Shown: positions 29,247 to 39,240, counted from the first letter of the stretch. The stretch: 64,000 bases of DNA from Polyangiaceae bacterium (GCA_965222375.1 CBDCTZ010000015.1:352001-416000), one strand, 5' to 3'. Program-made: numbers and translations. The notes: generated by a model from the letters alone, not told the origin.

Positions 29247-30500
29247 TCACTTCCCAACAGGCTGATCGAGCGCTACGACGAGTTGATCCAGCGTCACGGC
29301 GCTAGCCTGACACAGGCCCACACTTTCACCGCCTGCGTGCACGTTGAGCCAGACGGTGCGCACGTGGAGGTTATCGTGACCGGGCATTCGATAGATGACG
29401 TTCTTCTTTTCGTAGCTGAGTACGCCATCTACCCAGCCGCGGTGAATGCCGTCGGCAACGCCGGGTGTATTCATCGTGATCTGCGTCTCCATGCGGTACC
29501 ACTTGTCATTCTCCAAGACTCCGCCGTCGCCTATGCCGCAGCCGCCAACGTCCTCTGGCGTCGAGCAGCCGCCGAACGGCTGGCTGTAGGTTCCCTGGCC
29601 CCAGTCGTCGTTATCCCAGATCCCCGCTTCGAAGGTCTTCTGACCGGACAAGTAGGGGTAACTTCCGAAACGTGTCGTCGCTGCGGGCTTGGTGTCACAC
29701 GCTTTGTAGCAGTTGCGGAACAAGGCGCGCATCGACCAACAGTTGATTCCGTCGGCGAATGCTCCACCGTTGCCACACTGAGGTTCCGGCCACACGCGGA
29801 CGTCACTGAAGCCGGGGAACTTGCCGCCTGAGCCCTGCCCGCCTCCTTGACTGTCGCACAGCGCTGGATCGAAGTTGGGCGCGAGCTTGAGGTAGTAGCG
29901 TAGGTATGCGGATTCGGGAGCGAGCCCAGCTTCCTTGAGCGGCCAGTGAATGGCGATCGCACCGGACTGATACTGTTTCATCTCGACCCGCAAACACGAC
30001 CCGGAAATGCAGCCCTTGTTGATGATGCTGGCATTGCCGACGTGAGCTGCCTCGGCCACCTTGGGTTTGGTGGTTGAAGCGACCTTCAGCCAGCCGTGTT
30101 GCCACCAGTCGGGCTTTTCCCAGGGCTCACAGAAGACGATATCCTGACGCCCGCTCAGGCCGGTCTCGGATGAACAGTCGCCGACGCTGCTCACCGGACC
30201 ACCGCCGCCACCTCCGGCTCCGCCGCCACCGACTCCGCTGCCCCCTGTACCGCCGCCGCTCGTGCCGCCACCGCCACCTGTGCCAGAGTGCGCGCCAGAG
30301 CCGGCGCCACCGCCATTCGCCGCGCCGCCACTGGCGTTGCCTGCAGTTCCCCCTGTGCCCCCGGTGCCGGAGCTTCCCGTCGCTTTGTCCGACGACTCGG
30401 CGCCGCACGCCGCCAACAGCGACACAGTGAGCACCACTGCACGGCGACCCGCCTTCAACACCTTGCGGATGACCATCGAAACCCTTACTTCCGCTGCCAT
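29247..30500 (-). CDS. Polysaccharide lyase (PL14-like) lipoprotein
   Basis: RBS GGAGG before ATG 30500, lipobox LAAC, YLRYYLK...GGKFPGF...WSMR...MNTPGVADG...WVDG. Confidence 0.7.
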   Translation of the reverse strand: MAAEVRVSMVIRKVLKAGRRAVVLTVSLLAACGAESSDKATGSSGTGGTGGTAGNASGGAANGGGAGSGAHSGTGGGGGTSGGGTGGSGVGGGGAGGGGGGPVSSVGDCSSETGLSGRQDIVFCEPWEKPDWWQHGWLKVASTTKPKVAEAAHVGNASIINKGCISGSCLRVEMKQYQSGAIAIHWPLKEAGLAPESAYLRYYLKLAPNFDPALCDSQGGGQGSGGKFPGFSDVRVWPEPQCGNGGAFADGINCWSMRALFRNCYKACDTKPAATTRFGSYPYLSGQKTFEAGIWDNDDWGQGTYSQPFGGCSTPEDVGGCGIGDGGVLENDKWYRMETQITMNTPGVADGIHRGWVDGVLSYEKKNVIYRMPGHDNLHVRTVWLNVHAGGESVGLCQASAVTLDQLVVALDQPVGK

Positions 30501-30511
30501 TTGGTCCTCCA

Positions 30512-31948
30512 CTACTTCTTGAAGCGATAGACCCAGACACGATGTTCCGGGGCCCGGCTCTTGAACACGTACACGTTGTTGACGGGGTCGTAATCGCCGC
30601 TGTGATACGCGGAATTGCCGGCCGGCCCGCCCGCCATTGATTGGCTGTTCCAGGTGTTGGTGGCGGGGTCGAACCAGTGGAACTTGTTGTTGTAGAAGGC
30701 GCCGCCAAACACCTGGTTCTTGGTGTCGTAGGAGTAGATGCGCGCTCCCGACGGCGGCGCTGAGCCGCTGGTCGCAAGCTGAGTGATGGTGCTCTTGGAA
30801 AAATCGTTGCGGTCGAGCACGACGCGCCATACCTTGACCGTTGACGATCCGGAGTTGGTTCCCGAGAACATGAACATGTCGCCACTCGGCGGGTGAAACA
30901 CGAGCCGACCCTCGATTCCGGTCTTCTGACTCTTGCCGTGGGCCTTGAACTTCGTGTCGGTAGCCGGGTCGTAAACGTGCATCCCGCCCCGATGCACCAT
31001 GATGAACTTGCCGCTGATCGGATCGACCTCTCCACCCGGGTAGTCAAACGTGTTTTCCGGGTGGGCAGTGGGCGTCGACTTCATCGTTTTCCAGCTCTTG
31101 CTTGGAAGGTGGTAGCGCCAGACTTTGCCCAAGTTGTTCAAGTTGGAAGTCGTGCTAATGCAGTCACCACTGCCGTTGGGAGGGACCATGAGCCACATGT
31201 AGTCGCCGGCCGGCGCCATGATCAGGTCGTATGTATGGCGAGATACGGGCCGTGGATAGGGGCCGGAAGGCCCGGCTTTCCATCCGGCTGTTGCTTCGTC
31301 GAGATTGAACTGCTTCATCATGCTGCACGGCGTCGCGTCGTAGTCCTGACTGAACGTCAGGGTATCTGGGTTGAACCGCATTACGTAGTCGACGAACGTC
31401 GTGGCGTGCCCGCCGCCGAAGAACAGCATTCGATGAGATGTGGCGTGATAGACGAACCCGGAGAAGTCTGAGATCTTCTCGCACGCCTGGTTCGAGCCGG
31501 CAGCGTCCTGGCACCACTGGTCGAGCCTGCCGAGGTCCATGAGACTGTTGTTGGCCATCGCGGTCAGCACCGGGTTTGGCGCGAACGGCCCCCCGCCGCC
31601 CGTCCCACCGGAGTTCCCACCGACGCCGCCCACTCCGCCGGCTGTGCCGCCACTTCCGCCGGCTCCGCCCAGCGCCCCGCTACCTCCAGCGCCACCCTGA
31701 TGCGCTCCGCTAGCTCCAGCGCCACCCTGATGCGCCCCGCTACCTCCGACGCCACCTTGGTGCGCCCCGCTACCGCCACTGGAATTTCCGCCGGCGCCAC
31801 TGTCGGCGCCAACTCCTCCCCCTCCGCTGCTGATGGCACCGCCAGCGCTCGCGCCTGCTGCGCCGCCACCGGCACCGTCGTCTGCGCCGCAGCAGAGCGC
31901 CGTGAGGGCCAGGCCAATGCAGAGTGTGCGGGTTCGGTAGCACGTCAT
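30512..31948 (-). CDS. Kelch/beta-propeller lipoprotein
   Basis: Signal peptide ending in Cys, Gly linker, MLFFGGGHA, PVSRHTYD, YDP repeats. Confidence 0.75.
   Translation of the reverse strand: MTCYRTRTLCIGLALTALCCGADDGAGGGAAGASAGGAISSGGGGVGADSGAGGNSSGGSGAHQGGVGGSGAHQGGAGASGAHQGGAGGSGALGGAGGSGGTAGGVGGVGGNSGGTGGGGPFAPNPVLTAMANNSLMDLGRLDQWCQDAAGSNQACEKISDFSGFVYHATSHRMLFFGGGHATTFVDYVMRFNPDTLTFSQDYDATPCSMMKQFNLDEATAGWKAGPSGPYPRPVSRHTYDLIMAPAGDYMWLMVPPNGSGDCISTTSNLNNLGKVWRYHLPSKSWKTMKSTPTAHPENTFDYPGGEVDPISGKFIMVHRGGMHVYDPATDTKFKAHGKSQKTGIEGRLVFHPPSGDMFMFSGTNSGSSTVKVWRVVLDRNDFSKSTITQLATSGSAPPSGARIYSYDTKNQVFGGAFYNNKFHWFDPATNTWNSQSMAGGPAGNSAYHSGDYDPVNNVYVFKSRAPEHRVWVYRFKK
31672..31780 (-). repeat. 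30-bp coding tandem repeat (GSGAHQGGxG) x3
   Basis: Three near-identical units of cgccccgctacctccagcgccaccctgatg on the + strand. Confidence 0.85.
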
Positions 31949-31962
31949 GTGGTCCAATCCGT

Positions 31963-31978
31963 AGCAACCGCCATGCCA
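31963..31978 (-). promoter_or_regulatory. Sigma54 promoter for the Kelch/PL14 operon
   Basis: TGGCAT-GGCGG-TTGCT matches the -24/-12 consensus. It is divergent from a sigma54 activator gene. Confidence 0.75.
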
Positions 31979-32032
31979 CGATCGCGGGACACACTTTGTC
32001 GGTGTTCCATGGGTACGAAGGCGTCTCCTACG

Positions 32033-32058
32033 ATGTCACGTGACATGTCCCGGTGACA
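32033..32058. promoter_or_regulatory. Candidate enhancer (UAS) palindromes
   Basis: Perfect palindrome ATGTCACGTGACAT with adjoining TGTCCCGGTGACA, 55-80 bp upstream of the sigma54 -24 box. Confidence 0.5.
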
Positions 32059-32134
32059 CTCCTCGCGGTCGTTGGGACATGCTCCGAGGGTTGTCGCGCC
32101 GTGTGCCCCAACATGCGACACTGGGTTTCACTCT

Positions 32135-33502
32135 ATGGTGGACGAAACCCGCACACTGACGGACGCGGATACGCGCGCAGTACGCCCCGCGCTCCCCAAG
32201 GTTCCAGTACTATTCGTCGCCTACGGCCCCGATCTCGAGAGCATTGGTCAGCGCCTGGTGGTTCCCACGGATCAGCCGCTGGTGCTCGGCCGCGCCTGCC
32301 CCGAGTTTGGCGCCCACGCCTTCGAAGACCCGCTGGCTTCACGTCGCCACGTCGAAATGCGCCGCCTTTCCGGCTCCGCTGGGCATCACTTGACGATCCG
32401 TGACCTGGGCAGTCACAACGGTACGCGTGTCAACGGGGAGCTCGTGACCAGCGGTGAGCTCGTGCCTGGAGATGTACTCACCGTGGGCGCGACGATGCTG
32501 CTCTACACCGTCGCTGAGCCTGTCGCCAGTCCGGTTGGGGACTCGCGCTTGTCAGGTGTCAGCGGGCATGCCGCGGCGCTTCGTGTGGCAATTTCTAACA
32601 CCGCAACGAGCGAGGCGACGGTACTGATCCAAGGCGAGACCGGTGTCGGCAAGGAGGTCGTGGCCACCGAGCTACACCGGCTCAGCGGACGCCCGGGCCA
32701 TTTGGTAGCGCTAAACTGCGGTGCGGTGGCAGACGGCGTGGCGCAGAGCGAGCTGTTTGGTCACGCGCGTGGCGCGTTCTCCGGTGCCGATTCGGCTCGA
32801 AGTGGCTTGGTCGCAAGCGCTGCCGACGGCACCCTGTTCCTGGACGAGATCGGCGACGCCACGCCGCCTTTTCAGGCGGCGCTGTTGCGTCTGCTCGAGA
32901 CTCGGGAGTACCGCCCCGTCGGCGCCGACCGGACGCTCGCCACGACCGCGCGCTGTGTCGCTGCAACGCACGTGCCGCTGGCAGACCGAGTCGCTGACGG
33001 CACATTCCGCGAGGACCTCTTTTCTCGCCTCGAGCGCTTCGTCATCAACGTGGCTCCGCTGAGAAGCCGACCTGAAGACATCATGGTCTTGGCCCTCCAG
33101 TTCGCTCGTCAGGCACTTGGCCGCAAAGACATCATCTTGCGACGTTCCCTGGTGCTGGCGCTACTTCGTTACGGATGGCCCCGTAACGTTCGAGAGCTCG
33201 TCTCGGTCATGGAGCAACTCGCGGGGTCTTGCAGTGATGGCCGAACTCTCGAACTGACCCCAACAGTCGAGGCACGACTTCATCCTCGGGCAGACGCGGA
33301 GGAAAACGCCGTGATTGAGGAGCCGGGCCACGCCGCAGCAAGCAAACCGGACCGCGGAGCTCTGCAGCAGCAGCTGCTTGACGTTCGTTGCAACGTTCGC
33401 CAACTCGCTCGAATGCGCGGTGTATCCCGCAACACGCTCTACCGGTGGCTTAGCGAGTATGACATCGACATCCAAGAGCTGCGCAACAGCATGGAACGAT
33501 GA
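32135..33502 (+). CDS. FHA-domain sigma54-dependent enhancer-binding protein
   Basis: FHA (ASRRH, DLGSHNGT), GETGVGKE, GAFSGA, FLDEIG, WPRNVREL, C-terminal HTH. Confidence 0.92.
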   Translation: MVDETRTLTDADTRAVRPALPKVPVLFVAYGPDLESIGQRLVVPTDQPLVLGRACPEFGAHAFEDPLASRRHVEMRRLSGSAGHHLTIRDLGSHNGTRVNGELVTSGELVPGDVLTVGATMLLYTVAEPVASPVGDSRLSGVSGHAAALRVAISNTATSEATVLIQGETGVGKEVVATELHRLSGRPGHLVALNCGAVADGVAQSELFGHARGAFSGADSARSGLVASAADGTLFLDEIGDATPPFQAALLRLLETREYRPVGADRTLATTARCVAATHVPLADRVADGTFREDLFSRLERFVINVAPLRSRPEDIMVLALQFARQALGRKDIILRRSLVLALLRYGWPRNVRELVSVMEQLAGSCSDGRTLELTPTVEARLHPRADAEENAVIEEPGHAAASKPDRGALQQQLLDVRCNVRQLARMRGVSRNTLYRWLSEYDIDIQELRNSMER

Positions 33503-34980
33503 GCAATCGAACGGACAGCTCAGCTGCTGACGGCGGCGGCGCCTCGATGAACGGGGTCCCTCGCGGTTCGTTGATCGCGACTCGCTACCGTGTCGAGCGT
33601 GCCATCGGCAAGGGAGGCATGGGTGCCGTCTTCGCGGCGATAGACACCGTGCGGCAGCGACAAGTAGCTATCAAAGTTATGCTCGGCACACACGCCACAG
33701 ACGCAACGTCGCGGGCGCGGTTCCAACGCGAGGTGAAGCTGGCCGGGGCCATTGACTGCGATCACGTTGTGCGGTTGCTGGACAGCGGCGAGCTCGAGGA
33801 CGGACGCCCGTTCATGGTACTCGAGTTGTTGTCGGGTTTGAGCCTGAAGCAGCTGATCGCGAAGCGTGCCCCGCTGGCGACAGAGCCGGCCGTCCGCTTG
33901 GTGCTGCACGCTGTCGAGGGCGTCGCCGAGGTCCATCGCCGCGAAGTCGTCCACCGCGATCTCAAGCCGAGCAACCTGTTCATCCATCGAAACGCAGAGG
34001 GACGGTCCGTATTGAAAGTACTCGATTTCGGTATTTCGAAGTTGGGCGTGTCAACGGATACCCGAGGTAGCACTACCGGCCTCACAGAATCGCACGCGAT
34101 GGTGGGCTCCCCATTTTATGCGTCTCCGGAGCAGATCAAGAGCTCGAAGCGCGTCGACACCCGCACTGACATCTGGTCGCTGGGCGTGATCTTGCACGAG
34201 TTGCTCACCGGTAAACGGCCGTTTCAAAGCACGAACATGGCCGAACACCTTGTTGCAGTGCTGTCAGAGCAACCAATTGCGCTGCGTCGTCACAGTCCCG
34301 AAGTACCCGAGGCACTCGAGGCCATCGTCCTCAGGTGCCTTGCCCGCGAATGCGTCAACCGCTACTCGAGCGTAGCGGACCTGGCCGAAGCGCTGCTGCC
34401 GTTCGCCGTTGACGAGCAGGAGCGCGTGCGGCGAATTCGCGTGATGATTGGCGAACGGGGCGCACGGGCATTAGCCTTCGATGATGACACCAAGACAGAG
34501 GACGCCCGTGAAGGACCGGCACAGGCATGGGCTGCGACGTCGGCGTCGCCGCTGCCGGTACCGGTCCCCGCTAGGGCGCCGTCCACACAGGCAACGCAGG
34601 GACGGAAACGGCTTGTCCTGGCAGCCCTCGGAGCCCTAGGCTTGGGAGCTGTTGGTACTGCTTACCTGCAGCTGACGGCGACGGCCGTCGGCGGTGAGGC
34701 CACGCCCGAGAGATTGGTGGAAGCCGGTGCGGGCATGGGCAGCGCTGCGGCGGCTCGTGCATGGGAGTCTACGCGTCCTGCAGCTTCGGTCACACGCGGG
34801 GCCGACGCGGCGACGGCCAACCCGGCTCCGGCGCAACCGACAGTGCAGTCCACCACGTCTCGCCCCAAGCCAACGGCGACCCGCAACAGGCGTCAGCGAC
34901 CTGCCTCCAAGAGCCCCTGTGTTCCGCCGTACTACTTCAAAGACGGAATCAAAGTCTACAAGCAGCAATGCCTGAAGTGA
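33499..34980 (+). CDS. Membrane Ser/Thr protein kinase
   Basis: GKGGMG, VAIK, HRDLKPSN, DFG, DIWSLG, one TM helix. Confidence 0.95.
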   Translation: MSNRTDSSAADGGGASMNGVPRGSLIATRYRVERAIGKGGMGAVFAAIDTVRQRQVAIKVMLGTHATDATSRARFQREVKLAGAIDCDHVVRLLDSGELEDGRPFMVLELLSGLSLKQLIAKRAPLATEPAVRLVLHAVEGVAEVHRREVVHRDLKPSNLFIHRNAEGRSVLKVLDFGISKLGVSTDTRGSTTGLTESHAMVGSPFYASPEQIKSSKRVDTRTDIWSLGVILHELLTGKRPFQSTNMAEHLVAVLSEQPIALRRHSPEVPEALEAIVLRCLARECVNRYSSVADLAEALLPFAVDEQERVRRIRVMIGERGARALAFDDDTKTEDAREGPAQAWAATSASPLPVPVPARAPSTQATQGRKRLVLAALGALGLGAVGTAYLQLTATAVGGEATPERLVEAGAGMGSAAAARAWESTRPAASVTRGADAATANPAPAQPTVQSTTSRPKPTATRNRRQRPASKSPCVPPYYFKDGIKVYKQQCLK

Positions 34981-35000
34981 CGCGGTCGGCAACGTCAACG

Positions 35001-35849
35001 ATGCGGTTCTGGGTTCTTGCAACTGTGGCTGTGTTCGCGGTCACCGAGGCGGCCGCTCAACCGCCGCGCGCCACGGATCGTTGCATCGACGCACACCAGA
35101 GCGCCCAGAAATCGCGACAGCAGGGCCACTACAAGACTGCCCGTCATGCTCTCAGGGCATGCATCGCTCCCGCCTGCCCTGTGATGCTGCAGCGTGACTG
35201 CGCGACTTGGTTGGCTGAGCTAGACCGATTGCAGCCGACTATTGTGGTGACGGCAGACGACTCTCGCGGTCGCGACATTGGTGGAATCGTCGTCTACGTC
35301 GACGACTCGCGCCAAGGGCTGACTGTCGGCGGGCGCGCGTTGGAGATCGATCCCGGAGACCACCTTCTTCGAATCGAGGCCCCCGGCTACGCGCCAGCGC
35401 GCCAGACCGTGGTTGTCGTAGAGGGCGTGAAGGGACGGGTGATCAACTTCACGTTGCGGCGTAATGTTCGAACTGCGCGTGCTGTTGCACCGCCCCGAGT
35501 TGAGCCCAGGGCGCCGTTGTCCGACGAAGGCGAAACTGCGATGACGCCGCTGACCTGGGCTCTTGCCAGCGTTGGGGTCGCCGGTGTGACCACTTTCGCT
35601 GCGCTTGCCGCGGCCGGCTACTCGCAGGAACAGGAACTCTCCGACTGTTCCCCGAATTGTCCTTCAGACCAGGTGCAGGACGTACGCAACCTCTACCTCG
35701 CAGGAGACATCGCTGGTGCCGTCGGGATTGTCGCCGGCGTCACTGCGATCGTCCTGATCGCGACGCCATCGGTGCCGAGTCGACCCGGCGGCCCATCCGC
35801 CCGCCTCGTAACCAACGGCCAAGGCATCACACTTCAGGGCCGCTTTTGA
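35001..35849 (+). CDS. Secreted PEGA-domain protein
   Basis: Signal peptide, Cys-linked helical N-domain, IDPGDHLLRIEAPGY, C-terminal GRF. Confidence 0.75.
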   Translation: MRFWVLATVAVFAVTEAAAQPPRATDRCIDAHQSAQKSRQQGHYKTARHALRACIAPACPVMLQRDCATWLAELDRLQPTIVVTADDSRGRDIGGIVVYVDDSRQGLTVGGRALEIDPGDHLLRIEAPGYAPARQTVVVVEGVKGRVINFTLRRNVRTARAVAPPRVEPRAPLSDEGETAMTPLTWALASVGVAGVTTFAALAAAGYSQEQELSDCSPNCPSDQVQDVRNLYLAGDIAGAVGIVAGVTAIVLIATPSVPSRPGGPSARLVTNGQGITLQGRF

Positions 35850-36112
35850 GCGAGATGCTGCGCGTCGAGGACGGGAACGTGCCAGGCGTATCCAGATGGT
35901 AGCGCCGCATGGGGGCTGGTGCCTGGGTGCCCTTCGGCCGGTGAGCGAAGCCCGGTTGCGCTAGGTCGAACTCTAGTGTCCGTGCCCAGGCGAGCGAATC
36001 GGGGCACGCCCCCACCAGCGCCGGGGCCACACTCTGAGCGGCTCTGAGACACCCGGCATCGGCGGCCCGAGGGAAACCCCGCACTCTTGGCGGACTTGGC
36101 TAAGATACGCCC

Positions 36113-38158
36113 ATGGCGGAGCTCGTTCCCTATCCCCTTGGTCGGCTGACTTCCCGCATGTTTCGCGAGCTCGAAGAGCGGCAGTCGATCTTCGACCTGC
36201 CCGCCCGGAGCTTCGTGCTCGGAGACAAGGAGCGTGATCTGTCGGTGCGCTTCCACGGTCAACGCGCGGCCTCGCCTTTGGGGCCGGCAGCGGGGCCCCA
36301 ATCTCAGCTGGCGCAGAACATCATCCTGTCGTTCTTGGGCGGCGGACGCATCTTCGAGCTCAAGACGGTTCAGATCCTGGACGAGCTCGACATTCCGCGC
36401 CCGTGCATCGACCTGCAAACCGTCGGCTACAACGTGGAGTGGTCGCAGGAGCTCACTCTCGAACAGTCTCTGGAAGAGTACGTCAAGGCGTCCATGCTCG
36501 TGGAGATCTTGGTGGCAAGCGGCAAGCTCTCCCTCGCACCAGGCTTTGATCGGGTCATCTACGACATGAGCGTCGGTTACGATCTGAAGGGGATCCAAAC
36601 CGACCGGGTGCAGACCTTCATGCGCGGCATGCTCGATGCGAGCGAGGTCGTGGAGCGCCTGCGCAAAGAAATTCCCGACGAGTACAAGCAGTATCGTGAC
36701 CTCGATTTCCGAAAGAAGCTCTCGAACACGCTGACCCTGTCGACCTTCCACGGTTGCCCGCCGGACGAGATCGAACGCATCATCGCCTGGCTCCTCGATG
36801 AGCATCAGCTGCACTGCATCGTGAAACTCAACCCGACGCTGCTCGGCCCCGAGCAGGCCCGCGACATCTTCAACGGCACGCTCGGCTACGAGGACCACAT
36901 TCCGGACTCGGCCTTCGAAAGCGATACGCGCTGGAATCAGGCCGTCGAATTCGTCCAGCGCCTGAGCGACAAGGCCAACGGCCTGGGCTTGGGCTTCGGC
37001 GTCAAGTTCAGCAACACGCTGATTGTCGAAAACCAGCGAGACTTCTTTCCAAAAACCGAGAAGCAGATGTACCTCTCAGGCAAGCCCCTGCACGTGCTGG
37101 CCATGAGCTTGGTGAAGAAGTTCCGGGGGCAGTTTGGGGACCGCTACCCGATCAGTTTTTCGGCCGGCATCGACTCGGCAAACTTCGCCGAAGCCGTGAG
37201 TTTGGGCTTGGTTCCCGTGACCGTGTGCACGGATCTGCTACGCCCGGGTGGTTACGGTCGCATGCGGGCCTACTTTCAGAAGCTCGCCGCCCGAATGAAG
37301 AGCGTGGGTGCCAGCCACCTGGACGACTTCGTGCTCTTGGCCCACGGCAATGCCGAGACCACATTGCAGTCCCTGAAAGGCATCGAGCAGAGCCAGCTTT
37401 CCGCGGCGCAATCCGCTCTGAAGGCCGAGGGCACCAAGGACTTGCGGAGCGTCGTCGACGCCGACACCTACGCGGCTTGGGTCAGCACGGCCCGACTGGC
37501 CAATACACCACGATATGTAGACGGCCTGCTCGGGGACGAGCGCTACATCGCCGCCAACAACCTGAAACCACCGAAGAAGGTCGGAACCACACTGTGGCTA
37601 TTCGAGTGCCTGACCTGCGACAAATGCGTACCGGTCTGCCCCAATGACGCGAACTTCACCTTCGAGCTACCCAAGACGGAGATCCCCGTCGTGAAGCTGC
37701 ACCCAGAAAACGGAGGCTTCCGTCGCGAAGTCGGGGAAGCGATGAAGATCGAAAAGAAGCATCAGCTCGCCAACTTCGCAGACTTCTGCAACGAGTGCGG
37801 CAACTGCGATGTGTTCTGTCCGGAAGACGGCGGCCCCTACGTGCTGAAGCCGCGCTTCTTCGGCAGCCTGGAGCAGTGGCAGCAGTTTGAATCCCACGAC
37901 GGCTTCTACGTGGATCGCGGTGGGAGCGGCGACACCATGTACGGCCGCTTCAAGGGCAACCCCTACAAGCTGGTTTTGACCGGTGGGCGCGCCACGTTTT
38001 CGGGTGACGGATTCGAGCTGAGCTTCTCGGAAGCGGACCCCGAATCGACCCTCGAGGGCTCCGCCAAAGGCGAAGTCGACCTCACCTACTTCTTCATCAT
38101 GAACCACTTGCGCCGCTCGCTGTTGGACGACAGCGGCGTCAACTACGTGAACGCCTGA
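36113..38158 (+). CDS. ygfK: YgfK-like protein (DHODH-like N-domain plus 2x[4Fe-4S]), lacking the central flavin/NAD(P) module
   Basis: PLGPAAGPQSQLAQN, FELKTVQ, PRPCID, YNVEWS, TLSTFHGCPPDEIERI, VKLNPTLLG, MYLSG, CLTCDKCVPVCP, CNECGNCDVFCP. Confidence 0.8.
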   Translation: MAELVPYPLGRLTSRMFRELEERQSIFDLPARSFVLGDKERDLSVRFHGQRAASPLGPAAGPQSQLAQNIILSFLGGGRIFELKTVQILDELDIPRPCIDLQTVGYNVEWSQELTLEQSLEEYVKASMLVEILVASGKLSLAPGFDRVIYDMSVGYDLKGIQTDRVQTFMRGMLDASEVVERLRKEIPDEYKQYRDLDFRKKLSNTLTLSTFHGCPPDEIERIIAWLLDEHQLHCIVKLNPTLLGPEQARDIFNGTLGYEDHIPDSAFESDTRWNQAVEFVQRLSDKANGLGLGFGVKFSNTLIVENQRDFFPKTEKQMYLSGKPLHVLAMSLVKKFRGQFGDRYPISFSAGIDSANFAEAVSLGLVPVTVCTDLLRPGGYGRMRAYFQKLAARMKSVGASHLDDFVLLAHGNAETTLQSLKGIEQSQLSAAQSALKAEGTKDLRSVVDADTYAAWVSTARLANTPRYVDGLLGDERYIAANNLKPPKKVGTTLWLFECLTCDKCVPVCPNDANFTFELPKTEIPVVKLHPENGGFRREVGEAMKIEKKHQLANFADFCNECGNCDVFCPEDGGPYVLKPRFFGSLEQWQQFESHDGFYVDRGGSGDTMYGRFKGNPYKLVLTGGRATFSGDGFELSFSEADPESTLEGSAKGEVDLTYFFIMNHLRRSLLDDSGVNYVNA

Positions 38159-38295
38159 GGCTTTTTCGGCCTTCCCGGACGAGCGAGCGGTTCCCCTTTG
38201 CGCAACCGGGAACGGTGGGGTAAAAGCCGCGGTCCCCCTGACAAGCGGCGCCCGAGCTCGGTCTCGGCAGCGCACGAGTCGGAGGCACTTTCAAC

Positions 38296-39237
38296 ATGGA
38301 TGTTTCCGTTGTTGCAATGGGAGGCAATTCCCTCGTCGATCCGTCGCTACCGCCGACGGTCGAAAACCAATTTCAGATCACCGCCAAAGCGGTGGCACCC
38401 GTCGCGGAACTCTTGAACGAGGGCGAGAAGCTCGTGCTGACCCACGGCAACGGTCCGCAGGTGGGCTTCATGCAGCTGCGCTCGCACCTGGCCCGGCACG
38501 AAGTGCATGAGGTGCCGCTCGACTCATTGGTCGCGGATACCCAAGGCGCGATCGGCTACATGATCCAACGCGACCTTCGCGAGCAGCTTCGCAAGCTCGG
38601 GTCTGACTCCCACATCGCTTCAGTCATCACCGAGGTTCTGGTCAACCCAGAAGACCCGGCCCTTTCGAATCCGACCAAGCCCGTCGGCAAGTTCTACGAG
38701 GCAGAAGAAGCAGCGCAGATGAAGAGCGAGCGCGGCTGGGCCATGGTGGAAGACGCGGGTCGTGGCTGGCGGCGAGTGGTCGCCTCACCCAGGCCCCACA
38801 AGATCGTCCAGCTGGAAACGATTCGCCTGCTTGCCCAGGCAGGCGTGACCGTCATCGCCTGCGGCGGCGGCGGCATTCCTGTGGTCAGGAACGACGACGG
38901 CAGCATCACTGGCCTGGAAGCGGTCATCGACAAGGATCGCGTCAGCGCACTGCTCGCCATCAAGCTGGGTGTGAAGCGCATGTTCATCACCACGGGCGTG
39001 CAACACATTCAGCGCAACTTCGGTACCAAGTACGCCAAAGACCTGGCGCAGACCACGGTGCCCGAGCTCGAAGAGATGGCCCAGCTTGGCGAATTTCCAC
39101 CCGGCAGCATGGGTCCAAAAGTGGAAGCCGCGATCACGTTTCTGAAGAACGGCGGCGAGGAAGTGACCGTGTGCACGCCACCCGCCCTGGTCGACGCCTT
39201 CAAAGGTCGCGCCGGAACGAGGATTCTCAAGGAGTGA
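38296..39237 (+). CDS. arcC: Carbamate kinase
   Basis: VAMGGN, THGNGPQVG, PTKPVG, WRRVVASP, EAVIDKD, GSMGPKV. Confidence 0.95.
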   Translation: MDVSVVAMGGNSLVDPSLPPTVENQFQITAKAVAPVAELLNEGEKLVLTHGNGPQVGFMQLRSHLARHEVHEVPLDSLVADTQGAIGYMIQRDLREQLRKLGSDSHIASVITEVLVNPEDPALSNPTKPVGKFYEAEEAAQMKSERGWAMVEDAGRGWRRVVASPRPHKIVQLETIRLLAQAGVTVIACGGGGIPVVRNDDGSITGLEAVIDKDRVSALLAIKLGVKRMFITTGVQHIQRNFGTKYAKDLAQTTVPELEEMAQLGEFPPGSMGPKVEAAITFLKNGGEEVTVCTPPALVDAFKGRAGTRILKE

Positions 39238-39240
39238 ACG

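Noticed and set aside
35955..35982. T-loop-like GGTCGAAC hairpin as tRNA-Sec
   Set aside because: No TCA anticodon arm, acceptor stem or CCA end could be built.
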